NCBI RefSeq assembly: GCF_036321535.1
Contig: NC_087437.1
Span: forward strand, 46,502,001-46,566,000
Length of the DNA stretch: 64,000 nucleotides
Source of the DNA: Camelus dromedarius
Taxonomy: Eukaryota
Direction of reading: 5' to 3'
Both the position numbers and the translations under genes were made by a program. Shown piece after piece: positions 39,188 to 52,909 of this stretch (the stretch's first letter is position 1; every line of letters starts with the position of its first letter). The notes below the pieces were generated by a model. It ran no database searches and was not told the origin of the DNA. It was given only the letters and a program-made list of their open reading frames with translations.

Positions 39188-39224
39188 GAGTAAAATATAC
39201 ACATAGTTTTAAATTAGAAGGTTA

Positions 39225-39545
39225 TCCTAAGAAAAAAATTTAAAAGATAAAAGAAATGGAATGGGAGGCATCTCCCTCCCTGACTTCACATTACATTACG
39301 AAGCTAAAATCACCAGAACAGTGTGATACTGGCACAGAAACAGGCACATGGACCAGAGGAACAGAACAGAGGGCACAGAAATAAATCCATCTCTCTGTAG
39401 TCAGTTGATTCACAAAAAAAGGAGCCAAGAACACAAAACAGGAATGGACAGTCCCCTCAACAAACGGTGCAGAGAAAACTGGACACCACACATCAAAGAA
39501 CGACACTGGAATCCGTCAAACCACACACAAAACTAAAATCCACAA
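39225..39545 (+). mobile_element. L1 ORF2 C-terminal internal fragment
   Basis: ggaggcatctccctccctgacttc...tactggcacagaaacaggcac...cagaaataaatcca...gaaaactggaca. Confidence 0.85.
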
Positions 39546-39994
39546 TTTTCCACATCAAGCCCTTCCTCTGCTGGATCATCTGAAAATGGAGCCCCTTAGC
39601 CACGAGGCACACACAGGAACCTTCTCCCAACTTGTTCCTTACCTTTCACTCTCGGGTGGCACCTCTGGGCGGTTCCTGAAGACATCTGGCTCCTGCCTGC
39701 ATGGACTTAGCCAAGTGTTGTCCCGAAGCTGAAACCATGGCAGATCCTGAGGAGACCTAGAGTCGATCAGCAGCCCGAGGAGCCAAGTTCCCACAGGAGC
39801 CAAGCCCACCAGAGAAACACAGGTGAACCTCAAGAGTCAGAGAGATGGACATGGCGCCACCCACTGGCCAGCAGGGAAGTACAAGCTGAAACCTCAGTTC
39901 AGTGGAGGCCATGCGGCCAGCTGCCAAGCCTGCAGAATTCAGTAAATTTGGAAATTCAAACTGAAATGGAGCCAAATATCCCATGATGTCTCCA

Positions 39995-40092
39995 AAATTG
40001 GTTATAGAATAATTAATTGGAAACCTATATGCAATCAAAACAATGTAGACACAAACTTTACAATTTACACCAAAATTCGCTCAAAATTGTCC
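39995..40092 (+). mobile_element. Short, AT-decayed L1 ORF2 fragment
   Basis: tagacacaaactttacaatttacaccaaaattcgctcaaaattg resembles late L1 ORF2. Confidence 0.5.
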
Positions 40093-40849
40093 ATTGGCTT
40101 TATTCCAAATATGCCACATTACTTATAACCTGAAAATAATGCAGAAAGAAAACCAGATGTCTAATTTTTTGTTTTGTTTTGGTTTTTTTGCACATCTAGC
40201 TTTTTACCACTTAGCTCATCAACTCCCTGAAGGCAGGGACTGTGTTTTAAACTTGGCACATAGTAGGTTCCTCTACTCTATATAGTTTTTAATAGAGTGA
40301 TATATTTTGTAATTATTTGTTCATGATTTATTTTCATAACTTTTTAATGGATGTTCAAAGTATTTCTTTCAAAGCCTTGCCTCATTTTACAAATGAGATT
40401 TAGAGTCTTGCTATAAGGTCATACAGGTATGCAGTGTCCTTTGTCCTGTATATACTCAGGCTTCCTGACTTTAATCCTGGGACCTCTTTCTCTCCACCAG
40501 AGGGGCTTTTTGTTCTCATTTTCTTTCTGACAAAATTTGTAGAAACATAATGTATATTCATGTGATCTGGGAAGGGCTGTGTCTTATTCTGTAGCCTTGC
40601 TGTGTTTTTGAATATTCTTGCCAGAGTTCTATAGAAACCAACAGCTCAAAACAGGAGTCACATTGGAAAAGTGCCCATTGACGTTGCTGGGGGTTGCATT
40701 CTAGGCTCAGCAATGTGTCAGAAAGGCTCCACCCTGGACTGCCCTAAGTTTTCTTGTGATATACCAAGATGGTTAATTATTCTGATATCTTTAATAACTG
40801 ATCTTTGCAAAAGTTGAGAATAAAAAGAAAGATAATGCAAAAAGCACCT

Positions 40850-41065
40850 GTATTAGTAGTCAGACAGACTTGTATTTGTAGCTTGACTGCAACTTACCAG
40901 TTCTGTAGCTTTGAACCAGTTTACTGACCTCTCGGAGCCTCAGTTTCCTCTCCTTTTAAGGTAGAAACAGTAGTTCCCACCTCTTTGGGTGTTGAGAGTA
41001 AAACATGAGATGATGTATGTAAAATGCTATTTATAACACGTGGTTACTGAATAATTAGTAGCTTA
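40850..41065 (+). mobile_element. MIR SINE
   Basis: acctctcggagcctcagtttcctc...atgagatgatgtatgtaaaatgct. Confidence 0.75.
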
Positions 41066-42804
41066 TCAGAAAAAAACTGGGTAGCTTGTCATATATATAA
41101 CATCCATCTTAGTTAAATATTTTTTAAAAAATATAAGAGCTTAAGTATCATCTAGAACTATTTAGAGATTCTCATTCAAAGTTTTTGTGTGACCTTGGGC
41201 AAATCACTTCACAACTCTGGGCCCCAGGGAAGATTTGGCTAGAAAATCTCGAAGATTCCTTTTTTCTGAATTTAAAACTGACTTTTAAGTAGTAACTTAC
41301 ATAACATTAAACCATTTTGGATTTGTGAATCTTCTAATTGGTTTTCTCATAATTACTGCTTAGTTTGTCTTTCGAATACCAAGTGACCCCCTGTCATTCT
41401 GGTATTTGATTTGAGTTGCTAACAGTTGGAAGATGTTTACCCTCTGCAAACATTTCATTAGTAATGACCACAGTCTTTACAGTATCATTGCATATTTGCT
41501 AGGAATTCAATCATTTCTTCATCCTCATGGTGCAAAGTTCAATTGGACAGTACATTTTAGAAGGTGTCCAAAGCTATTCTTAAGACCATGCTGGCTTTCT
41601 GTTAGTGGTTTGCAGTTTTGTCTACCAAATGGTGTGCTTTTATCTTTATTTGTTCAGTTGGAATTAAATAAACTAAAATCACAGATGACATCTGTGATTT
41701 ATGGGGATTATCATTTGCAAAGGGTTATAGTATTGATAATCCTATACATTTGATATTATTGTCCCCATTTACAGATGAGAAGCTAAGCCTCAGTTTATGG
41801 CTTGTCATATGAATACAGAAAAACAGGAGTAAGTAACTTGACAGCTGAGTCTCTAAGCCTTGTCTTGGTTCTGGAGATTAGCTATTCTACTCCACTATGT
41901 GGTTCTTTGTTGAAGAGATTCAGGGTCATTCATGCTGCAGGGGTGAAGGGAGAATTGCTAGCCAATCTCTAAATATCTCCCCTGATTGTAAATGAACATA
42001 CCAGAAAAGTGGAAGTAGCGATACATCAGACACCCAGCTAGAAGGGAATCATGGAAAGAATAATCTCTAAAAACGGTACTTTTCAATAATTAAGAAAAAA
42101 GAAATAGGTTAATATGACTGTTGTCAAAATGATGATGAGATTTTGGAGGCTGAACTGGCCGCAACACCAGGGGCATTAAGAAAAGGCAATGAAAGTGCAC
42201 TGCCTTCCAAAGGGGTTCAGACCCTGCAGGTGCCGCCCTCCAGCTTGTGCCTGCCCAGTCCCTCCAGGGCTAGATCTGTACAACCCGATGGCACCTCTGG
42301 AATAAGTGGCTGGAAAAGTAGAAGTGTTACTGTTCTAGTATGGTAAATCAGAGCAGTGTAGTGAGTGCAGGGCAGTGAGGGTAAATGAGTGGCACAGAGA
42401 AGATTGCTATGGCTGGGAGGTAGGAGACCTCTCTGCTTCAGTTGCATTCCATCTGTAACAGTCTATAATGTCACAGTAAAACGTGCTGTGATTATAATAT
42501 TAGAATAGGAATCAGTTCTCAGATTGATGCTGCTGACTATGCTTAATGTGTGACATCATATCTAAGCCTTATTTTCCGTACTTACTTTGCCAGGAATTAG
42601 AAGTTATAACAGCTCATCTCATAAGAGGTTACTTACATAAACCAAGAAGTAACATCCTACCCTGTCACACGTACCTTCTCAAGGAAGAGCCTTAGGATGC
42701 TACACAGACTTGACAGTCCAGAAAAGGTATGAACAGACAGACAGGGGATTAACTGAGACATGTACACAGAATGAACAATGGGAACCACAGCAGCTTTGTT
42801 GAGT

Positions 42805-42950
42805 AGTTAAGATGTGTAATGCATTTTACACACCATTTCTAGTCTTTGTAATATCCCTGAAAAGAAGATAATTTTATCTCAATTTGACAGACAGGGAAGC
42901 TGAGGCTCAGGAAGATTAAGAAATGTGCTTAAGGACCCTTAGCAATAATC
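42805..42950 (-). mobile_element. MIR SINE
   Basis: acagacagggaagctgaggctcaggaagattaag. Confidence 0.65.
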
Positions 42951-43704
42951 AAGAGAGCCTTTTTTTTTCCATTAGAAGCAGTCATGAATTGGTAGAAGGA
43001 GTCTTTTGGCTAAAGAGTGGGGCAGATGCCGCTTCCCTCCCTCCCACCCTATATCAGGCCTTAATAGAGGAAGGAAAAGATTATGAAAGTGAATATTTTG
43101 GAGGGGTTGGAATTTCTGAGAGGGAGGATAGAATTTTGGCTGTTGGGGACCTTTGGATTCTTAGCATTATGATCACAGACTGTTGGATTGGAAGCTTTGT
43201 GGCCCTGGGGGTGTGAACTCCTTGAACACTTTTCAGCTGAGATGAGTCCTGGGTGGCTGATTTCTTTGGGGCTAGAGAAACTTATAGCAAGGCAGTCCTG
43301 CTAGGTTCTGCAGAGCAGAAAAGGTCTAAAAGCTAGGCAGGCTGGACCCATCTGCTTGGAGCACTTACTGTGCAAACAAAGAGAGAGAGGATGCTGCTTA
43401 ATTTACCAGGTAGAAAATCTGGGACTCAGGACAGATGCTTTGTCTAGGAATAAAGCATTTGCTTTGCTCTGCTGAGCAAAAATGAGATGTGGCATGGACT
43501 ATGTGAATGTGGCATCCCAGCAATGGCTACATTTAGTTTAAGGTGTATATTTAAAAAAGGAAAGAAACCCAAAAGGATATTCCATTATACAGATTCAGGC
43601 TATATTGATTCATGTGCACTCTCTATGGTATAACCAACTTAAATAGTTGTTAATACATAGACGTAAGTTGAAATAATTTAGTATGCATTTGGCACGTGAT
43701 CTAT

Positions 43705-43749
43705 GATATATATATATATGTGTGTATATATGTGTGTGTGTGTGTGTAT
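43705..43749. repeat. Compound (TA)n/(TG)n microsatellite
   Basis: Direct reading. Confidence 0.9.
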
Positions 43750-43774
43750 AAATGTAGACTGTTCGCTCAATTTT

Positions 43775-44645
43775 AAAAATTGTCTCAAAAGAATGAGAAG
43801 ATAAGCCACAGACTAAGAAATTTTTTTTTTTGCCAGAGACATATCTAATCAAGGACTAAAATATGGAAAGAACCTTTAAAACTCAATAATAAGGAAATAA
43901 ATAATCTGATTAAAAAGTGGGAAAAGATGTAAAAAGATACCTCACCAAACATGTACAGATGGCCAGTAAGCATATTAAAAATTGCTCCACCTCATAAATC
44001 ATCAGGAAAATGCAAATTAAAATGACAATGAAATACCACTATACACCTATTAGAATGGTCAAAATCCAGAACATTGACAACACCATGTTCTGGTGAGAAT
44101 GTGGAGCAACAGGAACCCTTGTTTTTTGCTGACATGATTGTGAAGTGGTACAGCCACTTTGACAGACAGTTTGGCAGTTTCTTGCAAAACTAAACATACT
44201 CTTACCATAAGATTCAGCAGTTTATTCAAGTGAGTTAAAAACTGATGTCCACATAAAACCTTCACATAAAATGTTTGTAGTGGCTTTATTGAATAATTGC
44301 CAGAACTTGGAAGTTGTCCTTTAGTAGGTGAATGGAGAAATAAACTGTGGTATATCCAGACAACAGAGTATTATTTAGCACTAAGAAGATATGTGCTATC
44401 AAGATATAGAGGAAACTTAAACACATATTGAAGCCAATATGAAAAGGCTACTACGTACTGTATGGTTTCAACTATAGGACATTCTGGAAAAGTATAAAAA
44501 CCAGAAGTAAAAAGATCAGTGGTTACCAGGGGTTGGAGGGGAAAGAAGGGATGAATTGGTGGAGCACAGAGGATTTTTAGGGCAGTGAAACTGTTCTGTA
44601 TGACGGTATAATGGTAGATACATGTCATTATACATTAGTCTAAAG
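43775..44645 (+). mobile_element. L1MC1-like ORF2 end and 3' UTR
   Basis: aaatgcaaattaaaatgacaatgaaataccactatacacctattagaatgg...ggagcacagaggatttttagggcagtgaaactgttctgtatga...gatacatgtcattataca. Confidence 0.9.
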
Positions 44646-44687
44646 CTAGTATTAAGATAATTACTGATCACTTTGGTTTGTCTTTAT

Positions 44688-45830
44688 CATTCATTCAACA
44701 ATTATTCATGAAGCACCTGCTATACATCAGATATTGTTCTAGACACTGAGGATACTATAGTGACTCAGACAGAATCCTTACCCTGTGAAGCTTATGTTCC
44801 ACCTGGGATGGGGGAAAAAACTCAGAAAATAAGTTAATAAGTATATTATATAGTATCTTAGATATTAATAAATGCTATGAAAGAATACAAGCAAAGAAAA
44901 GGGCATAGGGAGGAAATGGGTGAGGAGACAGGAACAAGAGTAAGGGGATAGGAGAGAGGTTCCTATTTTAAATAGAGGATTTAGGGAAGCCCTACTTTTG
45001 ACACTTAAGGAAAGACCTGAAGAGAAGAGAAACTGAGTCACGTAAATATTTTGAGGTCAGGTGTTTGGGGCAGATGGAACAGCAAGTGGTGACCATGAGG
45101 TTTAAAGAACAACAAGGAGGCGAGTGTAGCCATAGTAGAGTGAGCAGGGGGAGGTGGTGGGGAGTGGTCCTAATGATGAGTTGGCCAGGTCAGGTAGGGC
45201 CTTGTAGGCCGTTGGGATGAGTTGGTTTTTTATTTGGAGTGAGATAGGAAGTCATTTAAGAGTTTTGAGCAAAGAAATCATTTGATTATGTTTTAATATG
45301 ATCACTCTGTTGCTGTTTGGAGAATAGATAATAAGTGGAGAGGGTTAAAACACGAAGAATGGACAATAAGGGGAGAGAGTTAAATGGGGGGATTTAGCCG
45401 AGATGAGGTATAACGTTTGCTTGGAGGTAGAGAGAAGTGGTTAGATCCTGGGCATATTATGAAAGGAGGGTTGATAGGATTTGCCAGTGGATTGAATCTG
45501 AGATATAAAAGCCAGTGTAGGGTCAGAATGATTCCAAGTTTTTGGGGTTAGTTTCTTAAAGTGTGGAGTTGGCACTAATTGAGGTGAGGTAGGCTCTGAA
45601 AGAAGCAGGTTTTATGGGGACCAAGAGCTCAGGAGTTTGGTTTTAGACATGTTCAACCAGGTGCAGGTGGAGATTTGTTTAGTTGGATTTGGAGTACAGG
45701 AAGAGATCTGGACTAGGAGTCTATTTGGTAGCTGTTAGCTTAAATATAATATTTAAAGCCACAAGTCTGAGATCACCGTGGGCCTGTGTATGGGTATGCT
45801 GAAAGTACTGAGTCCTTAAACACTCCAAGA
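44688..45830 (-). mobile_element. LINE-2 (L2a), ~1.1 kb 3' portion
   Basis: cattcattcaacaa tail, then gatcactctgttgctg, ggagtttggttttagacatgtt, atttaaagccacaag. Confidence 0.85.
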
Positions 45831-45859
45831 GAAAGAGAGCGAAGGTGTGAGAGCAATTT

Positions 45860-46430
45860 CTTTATACATATTTTAATGTAATCATCTTCTAATGTAGTGT
45901 TTTCACTTAGCAATTATATCATGAACATTATCCCATTTTAGTATGTATTCTACAATATCACTTTTTAAAACACGAATTGGGAGTGTATTTTCTTAACAAA
46001 GAGTTGATACAATATATCTTTTAATGGTTGTCTTGTGACTGTATCATAACACACGAAGCCAATCTCCTTTGTCAGGCTTTTGAGTTGCTTATAATTTCCC
46101 CAAATTACAACATATTCAATGAATATTCCTATACATACATATTAGAGTATGTCTTCATTTCTTTAGGAAATATTTCTAGAAGTGGAATTGTTGGATCTTT
46201 TGTTGAATTTTACCAAATTTCTCTCCTCAGAAAAGTTACAACAAGACGTTACAGAAAATACTATTTCTCTACACCTTCCCCAAACGATTTGCTAGCCATC
46301 TGTGTGATCTCTGCCAATCTAAGAGGTAAAATGATTGATAAATATACAGTCTTATTATTTCACTTTAGTATTTTTTAAAACCAGTAATTCAGTTGAGCAT
46401 CTTTTCATCTTCCTTGGCCATGTGTAAGGA
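45860..46430 (-). mobile_element. Old L1 (L1ME-type) fragment
   Basis: tttcacttagcaattatatcatgaaca...atttctagaagtggaattgttggatc...gttgagcatcttttcat. Confidence 0.7.
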
Positions 46431-47929
46431 TGACTTCTTTCCCTTCTTAGCTGTGGCCCAGTTGTAGTGTGGAGAGCTGGCCACGGAGCACGTTCTGCCT
46501 CTTCTCTCTCAGTGCAGGCCAGCTTGGGGGTGGCTCTCGTTGGTGTCAGTACCAGGGTCAGATTTGCTGACTGTCTTCACCTTTGTATCTCCAGTGAATA
46601 TAGCTGGCCTTGGGGTGGCCTCTCCTTGTAAGTTTGCTGTTTACCAACTCCACCACCTAAATGGTATGTGAAAGAGTGAGATGAATTCTCTGCTGATGTT
46701 CCACCCTAGATCCAAGTTCAGAAGTTCAAGAAGACAGGATCTTTAAGTTAGACCCAGCCAAAGTTTAGTCATCAGCATTATACTGCAATTCTTACACTTT
46801 CCTTCTTTTATTTCTATTAAAAAAAAATCTCTGTTGTGACTATCCTATAGTTAACTGCTGGAAGCAATTTTAGGAAAAGTTAATACCGTAATTTTTATAC
46901 ATGGGAGAGACAAACCACATTTGGAATTTGGCAAATAATTTCAGCTATTTCTTTATTCCTAAATGTTTCAGGCAAAGCCAAAGGTATTCTGTGCCAAGCT
47001 TCTCTCCCTTCAAATTCTAACCCCTGTGTATTTAAAAAGAAATCTAAGCTGCCTGATGCTGATTCCTTTACCCTTAAATTGTCAAATGCAGTTTATTAAG
47101 ATACGCTTGGTGTTCAGAAGAATTTGGGGCTTTCTCCTTTTTATAGAACCCGGAAATCTCATTTTGTTGGCTGTAAATAGAATTTGAACCTCAAAAGAAT
47201 AAGATTCAATCTGAAAATTTCAAACTCATGAGCTAAGAGAATAACCATTTTGGCATTTTCCTTTTACTGATTATTGTTTTCATTTAATTCTCAACTTTCA
47301 TTAAAAAAAAAAGAAAGTAAAGTTTTATAGGAAACATACTGATCAACTATATCCCAAGTCACAAAGATTAACTCAGAATTAAAACAATGAACCTTCTGAC
47401 TTTTCAAGAGGCTTCTGAGAGAACTGAAGTGAAATTATATCATTAATAGCATTTTCGAGGGGGCTGTTTCAAAACGCTGGCTGGCATTTTCCTTTATTAC
47501 ATACTGATGATATTTGGATGATCCTGCCTTTGTGGCATGTCCCCAAATAGACCTGATGAGTAAACAAATTTTCATAAGTTATATTGCTTCAAGTCATTGG
47601 CAATCCTCATACACAGTTAGAATTCTTAATAGTTTAAAAAATTTTAATTTAATAATTACTTGATTGACTGTTTCTTGATAAATTTATACTTGAAAAGTCA
47701 ATATTTAAGTAAAGAATCTAGGAATAGTCACTAATTTACTAAAAGAAAAGAAAAGAAAAGAAATCCTCAAAAGTTAAAAAAAAAAATCATACCATCAGAA
47801 CAATGTTAAAAAAGCAAAACTCAGGACCAGGTGGTACTGTGCTTTTGCCACATCTTTGGAACTGAATGCCTTAAGCATCAATTAACTTAGTTTTCCATCC
47901 TTTCTTTATTTTTCACTTTAAAAAAAATT

Positions 47930-48611
47930 TAATTAACATGAGATCTATCCTCTTAACAATTTTTAAAATGTACAGTGTAGTAGTGTTAGCTATAGGCATA
48001 CTGTTGTACACAGATCCCTAGAACTTACTCATCTTGTATAGTTGAAACTTTATGTCCACTGATTAGCAATTTCCCATTTCCCTGTCCCTCCAGCTCCTGA
48101 TAACCACCGTTCTACATTATACATAGAGATAGAACATATAAAATATCACATTTTCTTTACCATTCATCTATTTTTTTTTTTTTTACCATTCATCTATTGA
48201 TGAACATTTAGGGCTAAAGACTTGTATAGTCATTTCTCCAAAGAAGACATACAAGTGGCCAACAAGTGTATGAACAGGTGAACTACAGGTATATGATGTT
48301 CGATGTCACTAATTATCAGGGAAATGCAGATCCAAACACAATGAGATATTACTCACACCTGTTAGGATGGCTATTGTCAAAAGAACAAAAGACAAGCATT
48401 GATGAGGATGTGGAGAAATTAGAACACTTGTACATGGTTGGTGGAAATATAAAATGGTGAAGCTACTATGGAAAATAGTGTGGAGGTCCCTCAAAAAATT
48501 AAAAATAGAAATACCATATAATCCAGCAATCTCACTCCTGGATATTTATCCAGAAGAATGGAAATCAGGATCTCAAAGTGGTATCAGCACCCCAATGTTT
48601 ATTGCAGTACT
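47930..48611 (-). mobile_element. L1MA9-like insertion with 5' inversion
   Basis: 47930-48212 is antisense 3' UTR (ttaacatgagatctatcctcttaaca...agatccctagaacttactcatc). 48211-48611 is sense ORF2 end (catttctccaaagaagacatac...gaggatgtggagaaattagaacac). Confidence 0.85.
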
Positions 48612-50839
48612 TTTAAATTTTTCTTTAATTAGAAAAAAATCTACCTTTACTAAAATGGTAGTTTTAAAGTAATGTTTAAAAATGGTTTTATTTACTTTTA
48701 CTGTTTCAAGATAGCAGACTAAATACAATTTGTGGTCTACCTCTTCAGTCCAAATATTTAGGAAAACTAGGAAATATTTTCGTTTGTTTGTGTTAGTGAT
48801 TAAATACATAGCACACACTTAAAACAATCCCAGGAGAAAGGAGACATCATAGCCTATGGAGGCAAGTACTAAACAAAGAGGAAATAGACCAGGATGCTTC
48901 ATTGTAGAGTTTCCAGAAGCAACAGGCAGGAGGCAATTGAGGGACAGCAATGACACTGTCTACCTAGGACAGTGTCCGAGGAGCAAGGAGTATGGGACTC
49001 TGGGTATAAAGACAAGGCAGTGCTCCTGGAGACTGGTGTTGAACTGGAAGTGAAAGAAAACGTCATTCCTGGAAAACCAGCCAGAGAGACACTTAGCCCA
49101 GTGGCACATCCACCTTTCCCGAGACCTCACTAACATATACAGAGAACCCTGCTGTACAAGTTTGCAGCAACTGCAACCCATCCCTGCAGACAAGCTGGGC
49201 AAATAGATGCAGAGGATGATTTAAAAGAGATAGGCAGCCACAAAATACAATAAATTTATTGAATAACCAGAGATATGTAAAGGATACTATTTAAAATACA
49301 AAACAAGAATAAATTGTTATGAGACAGAACTAGGAATATTGGAAAGGCAAACTGTAATTGTTGAAGTTGTAGGTGAGCGACAAGAAGTGTAGGCTTGTTC
49401 TAGAAAGATGAGAAATTACTGAAAGTTATGAAAAAGCTGGCAAAATCACCCATAAATTTACCACTCAAAGGTTGCTGCTGTTAATGTTTAAGCATATTTT
49501 TTCTAGTTGTCTTGTCTTTACATGCTTATAAAATCTTCCTCATACTGAATATTTCTTCCTGTTATTTTTTCCAGAGCAATTTAAGAAAAAGATAATTTAA
49601 AGTGCTACTAGATACCTTTCTTGCTAATTAATATTATTATTCAGTGATTTTTTCATACATAGAACTTTGTAGGACACTTTATTATCATGCTTTCTATTAA
49701 CAAGGAGTTCAAACATAGGGCTTGTACTTTACTCTTTTAACAATCTGGTGGCTCCTTTATTGTCCTCTTTTTCACATTAAGCTTGGTAAAGATATGAGCA
49801 CACACTTTCCCTTTAAATGTAGAGTGTTACTTTCATGCTTAATATTTATGACTCTTATAATTACTCTTATAAAAGATCCACTATTACTAGAAACTTCAGC
49901 TCTTGGGTTAATAATCCTGCATTTTAATGAGCTCTAGGTAATTATACTTTGAAGTCCAAGACTTCTTTTCAAAAATTGTAAATTGAGGTTCTTCTTTTTA
50001 TAACTATGTAATTTTAATTTCATGTTGAAAAGCAATGAAAATTTGCACATTATAGCACAACTGTAATTTTAGAGGGAAAAATCAGCAATAGACTAGGCAA
50101 TTTTAATTCAGGTCACTTCTACACAAGAGTAATCAAAATAAGCTGAGAAAATTTTTCTTCGGAAGCTAGAGAATTAATCTGTTGCTCACCTTGAAAAAAT
50201 AGCATGCAGATAGGAAGACCTGTGAAACAAGTTGGTTTTTTGCTTTATGAAAATGGTTTTGTCAATGCCAAGTCTCAGTAATGTTATATGGAAAATAGAT
50301 ATGTCAGTTGTTAGCTTTCTTCTAACTAGATCCTGCAGCCACATGGACACGACTAGAGCCGTGGGAGTTTGGAGTCATAAAGAAGACACATTCTGCTACC
50401 TTTCTCACAATAAGCTAATCCCCTGCTGCCAGTTGACCTTATTTATGATAGGTGTCACTACCTCCTTCCTCCAAAACCCCACTGTGTTTTCCTGAATCTC
50501 AAGATTTGGTACCAGGTAGTCCCTAGATGTATAAAATTATGATCATGATGCAAGGCTAATTTAATTTTTCAACCTGGCCTATTTTGAAAGCAAGACAGTT
50601 GAATGCTTCCATGTCTCCTTTCCCCAAGTACCCAAGCTCCTGGCCTTGGAATGGGTGAAGCGCTGGAGAGAGGGAGCCTTGAGATGAACTCAATGCACCT
50701 GGGATGGTTCTGCCCTGGAGTGTTGTCTCCTTCCATTAAACATGAGATTATAAACAACTTAAGTCAGGAATTGAGGCTTAGAGATCTGCTATCTTTCTGT
50801 TAGCTCTCATCACAATGTCTTGCATTTAATGTGATGGAT

Positions 50840-51075
50840 AAAAGCAAGTTTGGAAGATCTAAGTTTTATGGGTTAGATTTATGCCTCTATAACTTGATTG
50901 TGTGACCTTTTTTACTTCTCCAATCTTCAGTTTCATCTCTGTAAAATAGGGATAATAATAGCACTTCCCCATAACCATGTAATAATCCATAGTTATGATT
51001 AGAAAAAGTAATATTTTCTATGGAAAGTGTTTAGCATAGTGTCTCTAAGTGTTTGATAGAAAGTAATTAAGTAAT
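50840..51075 (+). mobile_element. MIR SINE
   Basis: tgtgtgacct...cttcagtttcatctctgtaaaataggggataataatagcac. Confidence 0.75.
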
Positions 51076-52909
51076 AACGGTATTGACTCTGCTTAGAAAT
51101 ACTTATTGACATACTGAAAAATGTATCTTTCTTCAAAGGGTTTATGCTCCTTAATGTAGAATGTGCATTTGAAATCATCAGCAGTTATCTTTCGGTTGGA
51201 TATTGTTGTTGGCATACTTTCCATACGTAAGTGTTGAAAAGGTTAGTTGTCACATAAGAAGTATTTAAGGAAGTCCATTGTTAACCAGCCAGGCAACTGA
51301 TAATGTTCTCACTAATGCTTATAATGCAGGATTGGATGAAGATCAGCTTCCTAGTAAAGAGACCTGGCTTTTCCTATATGAAGCAGCTTAATTCTCTGGA
51401 CAGTTTGCCAAATAAACATCCCTTATTTTTAGGTCAAATTCAAAAAGACATTCATATCTTGTTATCCCCTACTGAAAACATATGCTTTATTTCCTTGAGC
51501 AACCTCGCTATCAGTTCACAGATTATTTACCTTTCTAAAGAGCTTTTTTTGGGGGAAGAGATTTGTTTTACAGAGAAATTAAAGCAAAAAATTTTACGTC
51601 AGCAGTACTGAATTTATAAATTTACCTTTTGACGAAAACTAAACTCTTGTCCCTAGTTCTATTTATGAGACTTTAAACAAGATGACTACATCTTTGCAGC
51701 TCTCTTTAACATAAAAAAAAAACCCTAAAAACTGAACAAAAAAATTGTTTTAAGTCTGTTCTATCCCATAATCTTTCTGATGCATTTGTAGTATGAATGA
51801 GACTGGGTAAGCCTGTCATACATATATTTGAGATAGTAGCCTCTTGAATGGACACTCTTAAGAGAAATATTTTTTAGGTTTTAATTAATAATGAAAACTT
51901 TGCTAATGCAGGGCCTCCTATTTCTAATTGTTCCTGTATTAAAGTCAATTTAAAAAATAACTATTCTCATAGAATGCAGGGGAAAGCACAAACATGAAGG
52001 CTTATGTAAACTTTAATTAGGCATATGGAAAAACACATCAGCATGTTAAAAAGGGAAATGTACTTAAGGAACAAATACACAATTTCTTAAAAGCTTACTC
52101 ATGTTGACCCACTAAGCAATGTCAAGAGAAAGTCAAAACTCAAACCACTAGAAAATTGGGTCTGAGCCACTAGAAAATTGGTGCAATCCAAAGTGTCAAG
52201 CAGGCAGCTCTGAGCAAAATCTGTGCTTCAAATGCAGTTACACCACAACAATAATAATAATTACATGTTTTTATTTTAATGCAACCCGAATTTCTGCAGA
52301 CCTCACTAGCCTGTGGATATAAATGAGGTCACCTTATTAGTCATTATTCAAATTACTCTGGCTCATTGCCTCCACATGTATAATAGAGTTCTCTGAATAG
52401 TCTTCCTCACTTACTTCCCTAGATGTGCGCACCTCCAAGCTTGCCCTTGCTATGTCCTGTATCCTGCTGCTACTCTGCTATTGAAGATTCTCTGAGAACT
52501 GTGGGCTTTTTCACTGTCCTTGTCTGCTGCTGTCCTCTTGAGTACTGCAGGTGCCCCCACTGTTTACCAGGTTCCATTTCTGAGGTGTTGAGCCAGCACT
52601 ATGCCCAAGGCCCTTGCTATTCAGTGACCAAGTATAGGGAGAAAAATGGCTCCTTCCCAAATGGACTGCTCTCTGTCAGTGGGGATTCACAGGGCCCTCA
52701 GTGTGGCACAGTTCTTCCATGGGGCTGACTTCTCCAATGGGATGGAGACAGGAATCTGATGGGGGCAGGGCCAGAAGACAAACCCAAGTAGCAAATCTCT
52801 TCAAAGATTATGAATTTTTAAGTTCTCAGGCACACTGGTCTTCATACACATTGAATTTTTAATCAGTTCCCTATACCATTATGTCTAGCCATCGTCATAA
52901 TCATTATAA

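Noticed and set aside
46420..46730. GC-richer segment with a duplicated ttggggtggc motif, possible ancient LTR
   Set aside because: No termini or family signature I could confirm.
48820..49380. Possible HAL1/L1 5' remnant
   Set aside because: Too decayed to call by eye.
51139..51226. Plus-strand exon-like segment sharing catacgtaagtgt with 5393-5405
   Set aside because: No recognisable protein; shared 13-mers are expected by chance in 64 kb.
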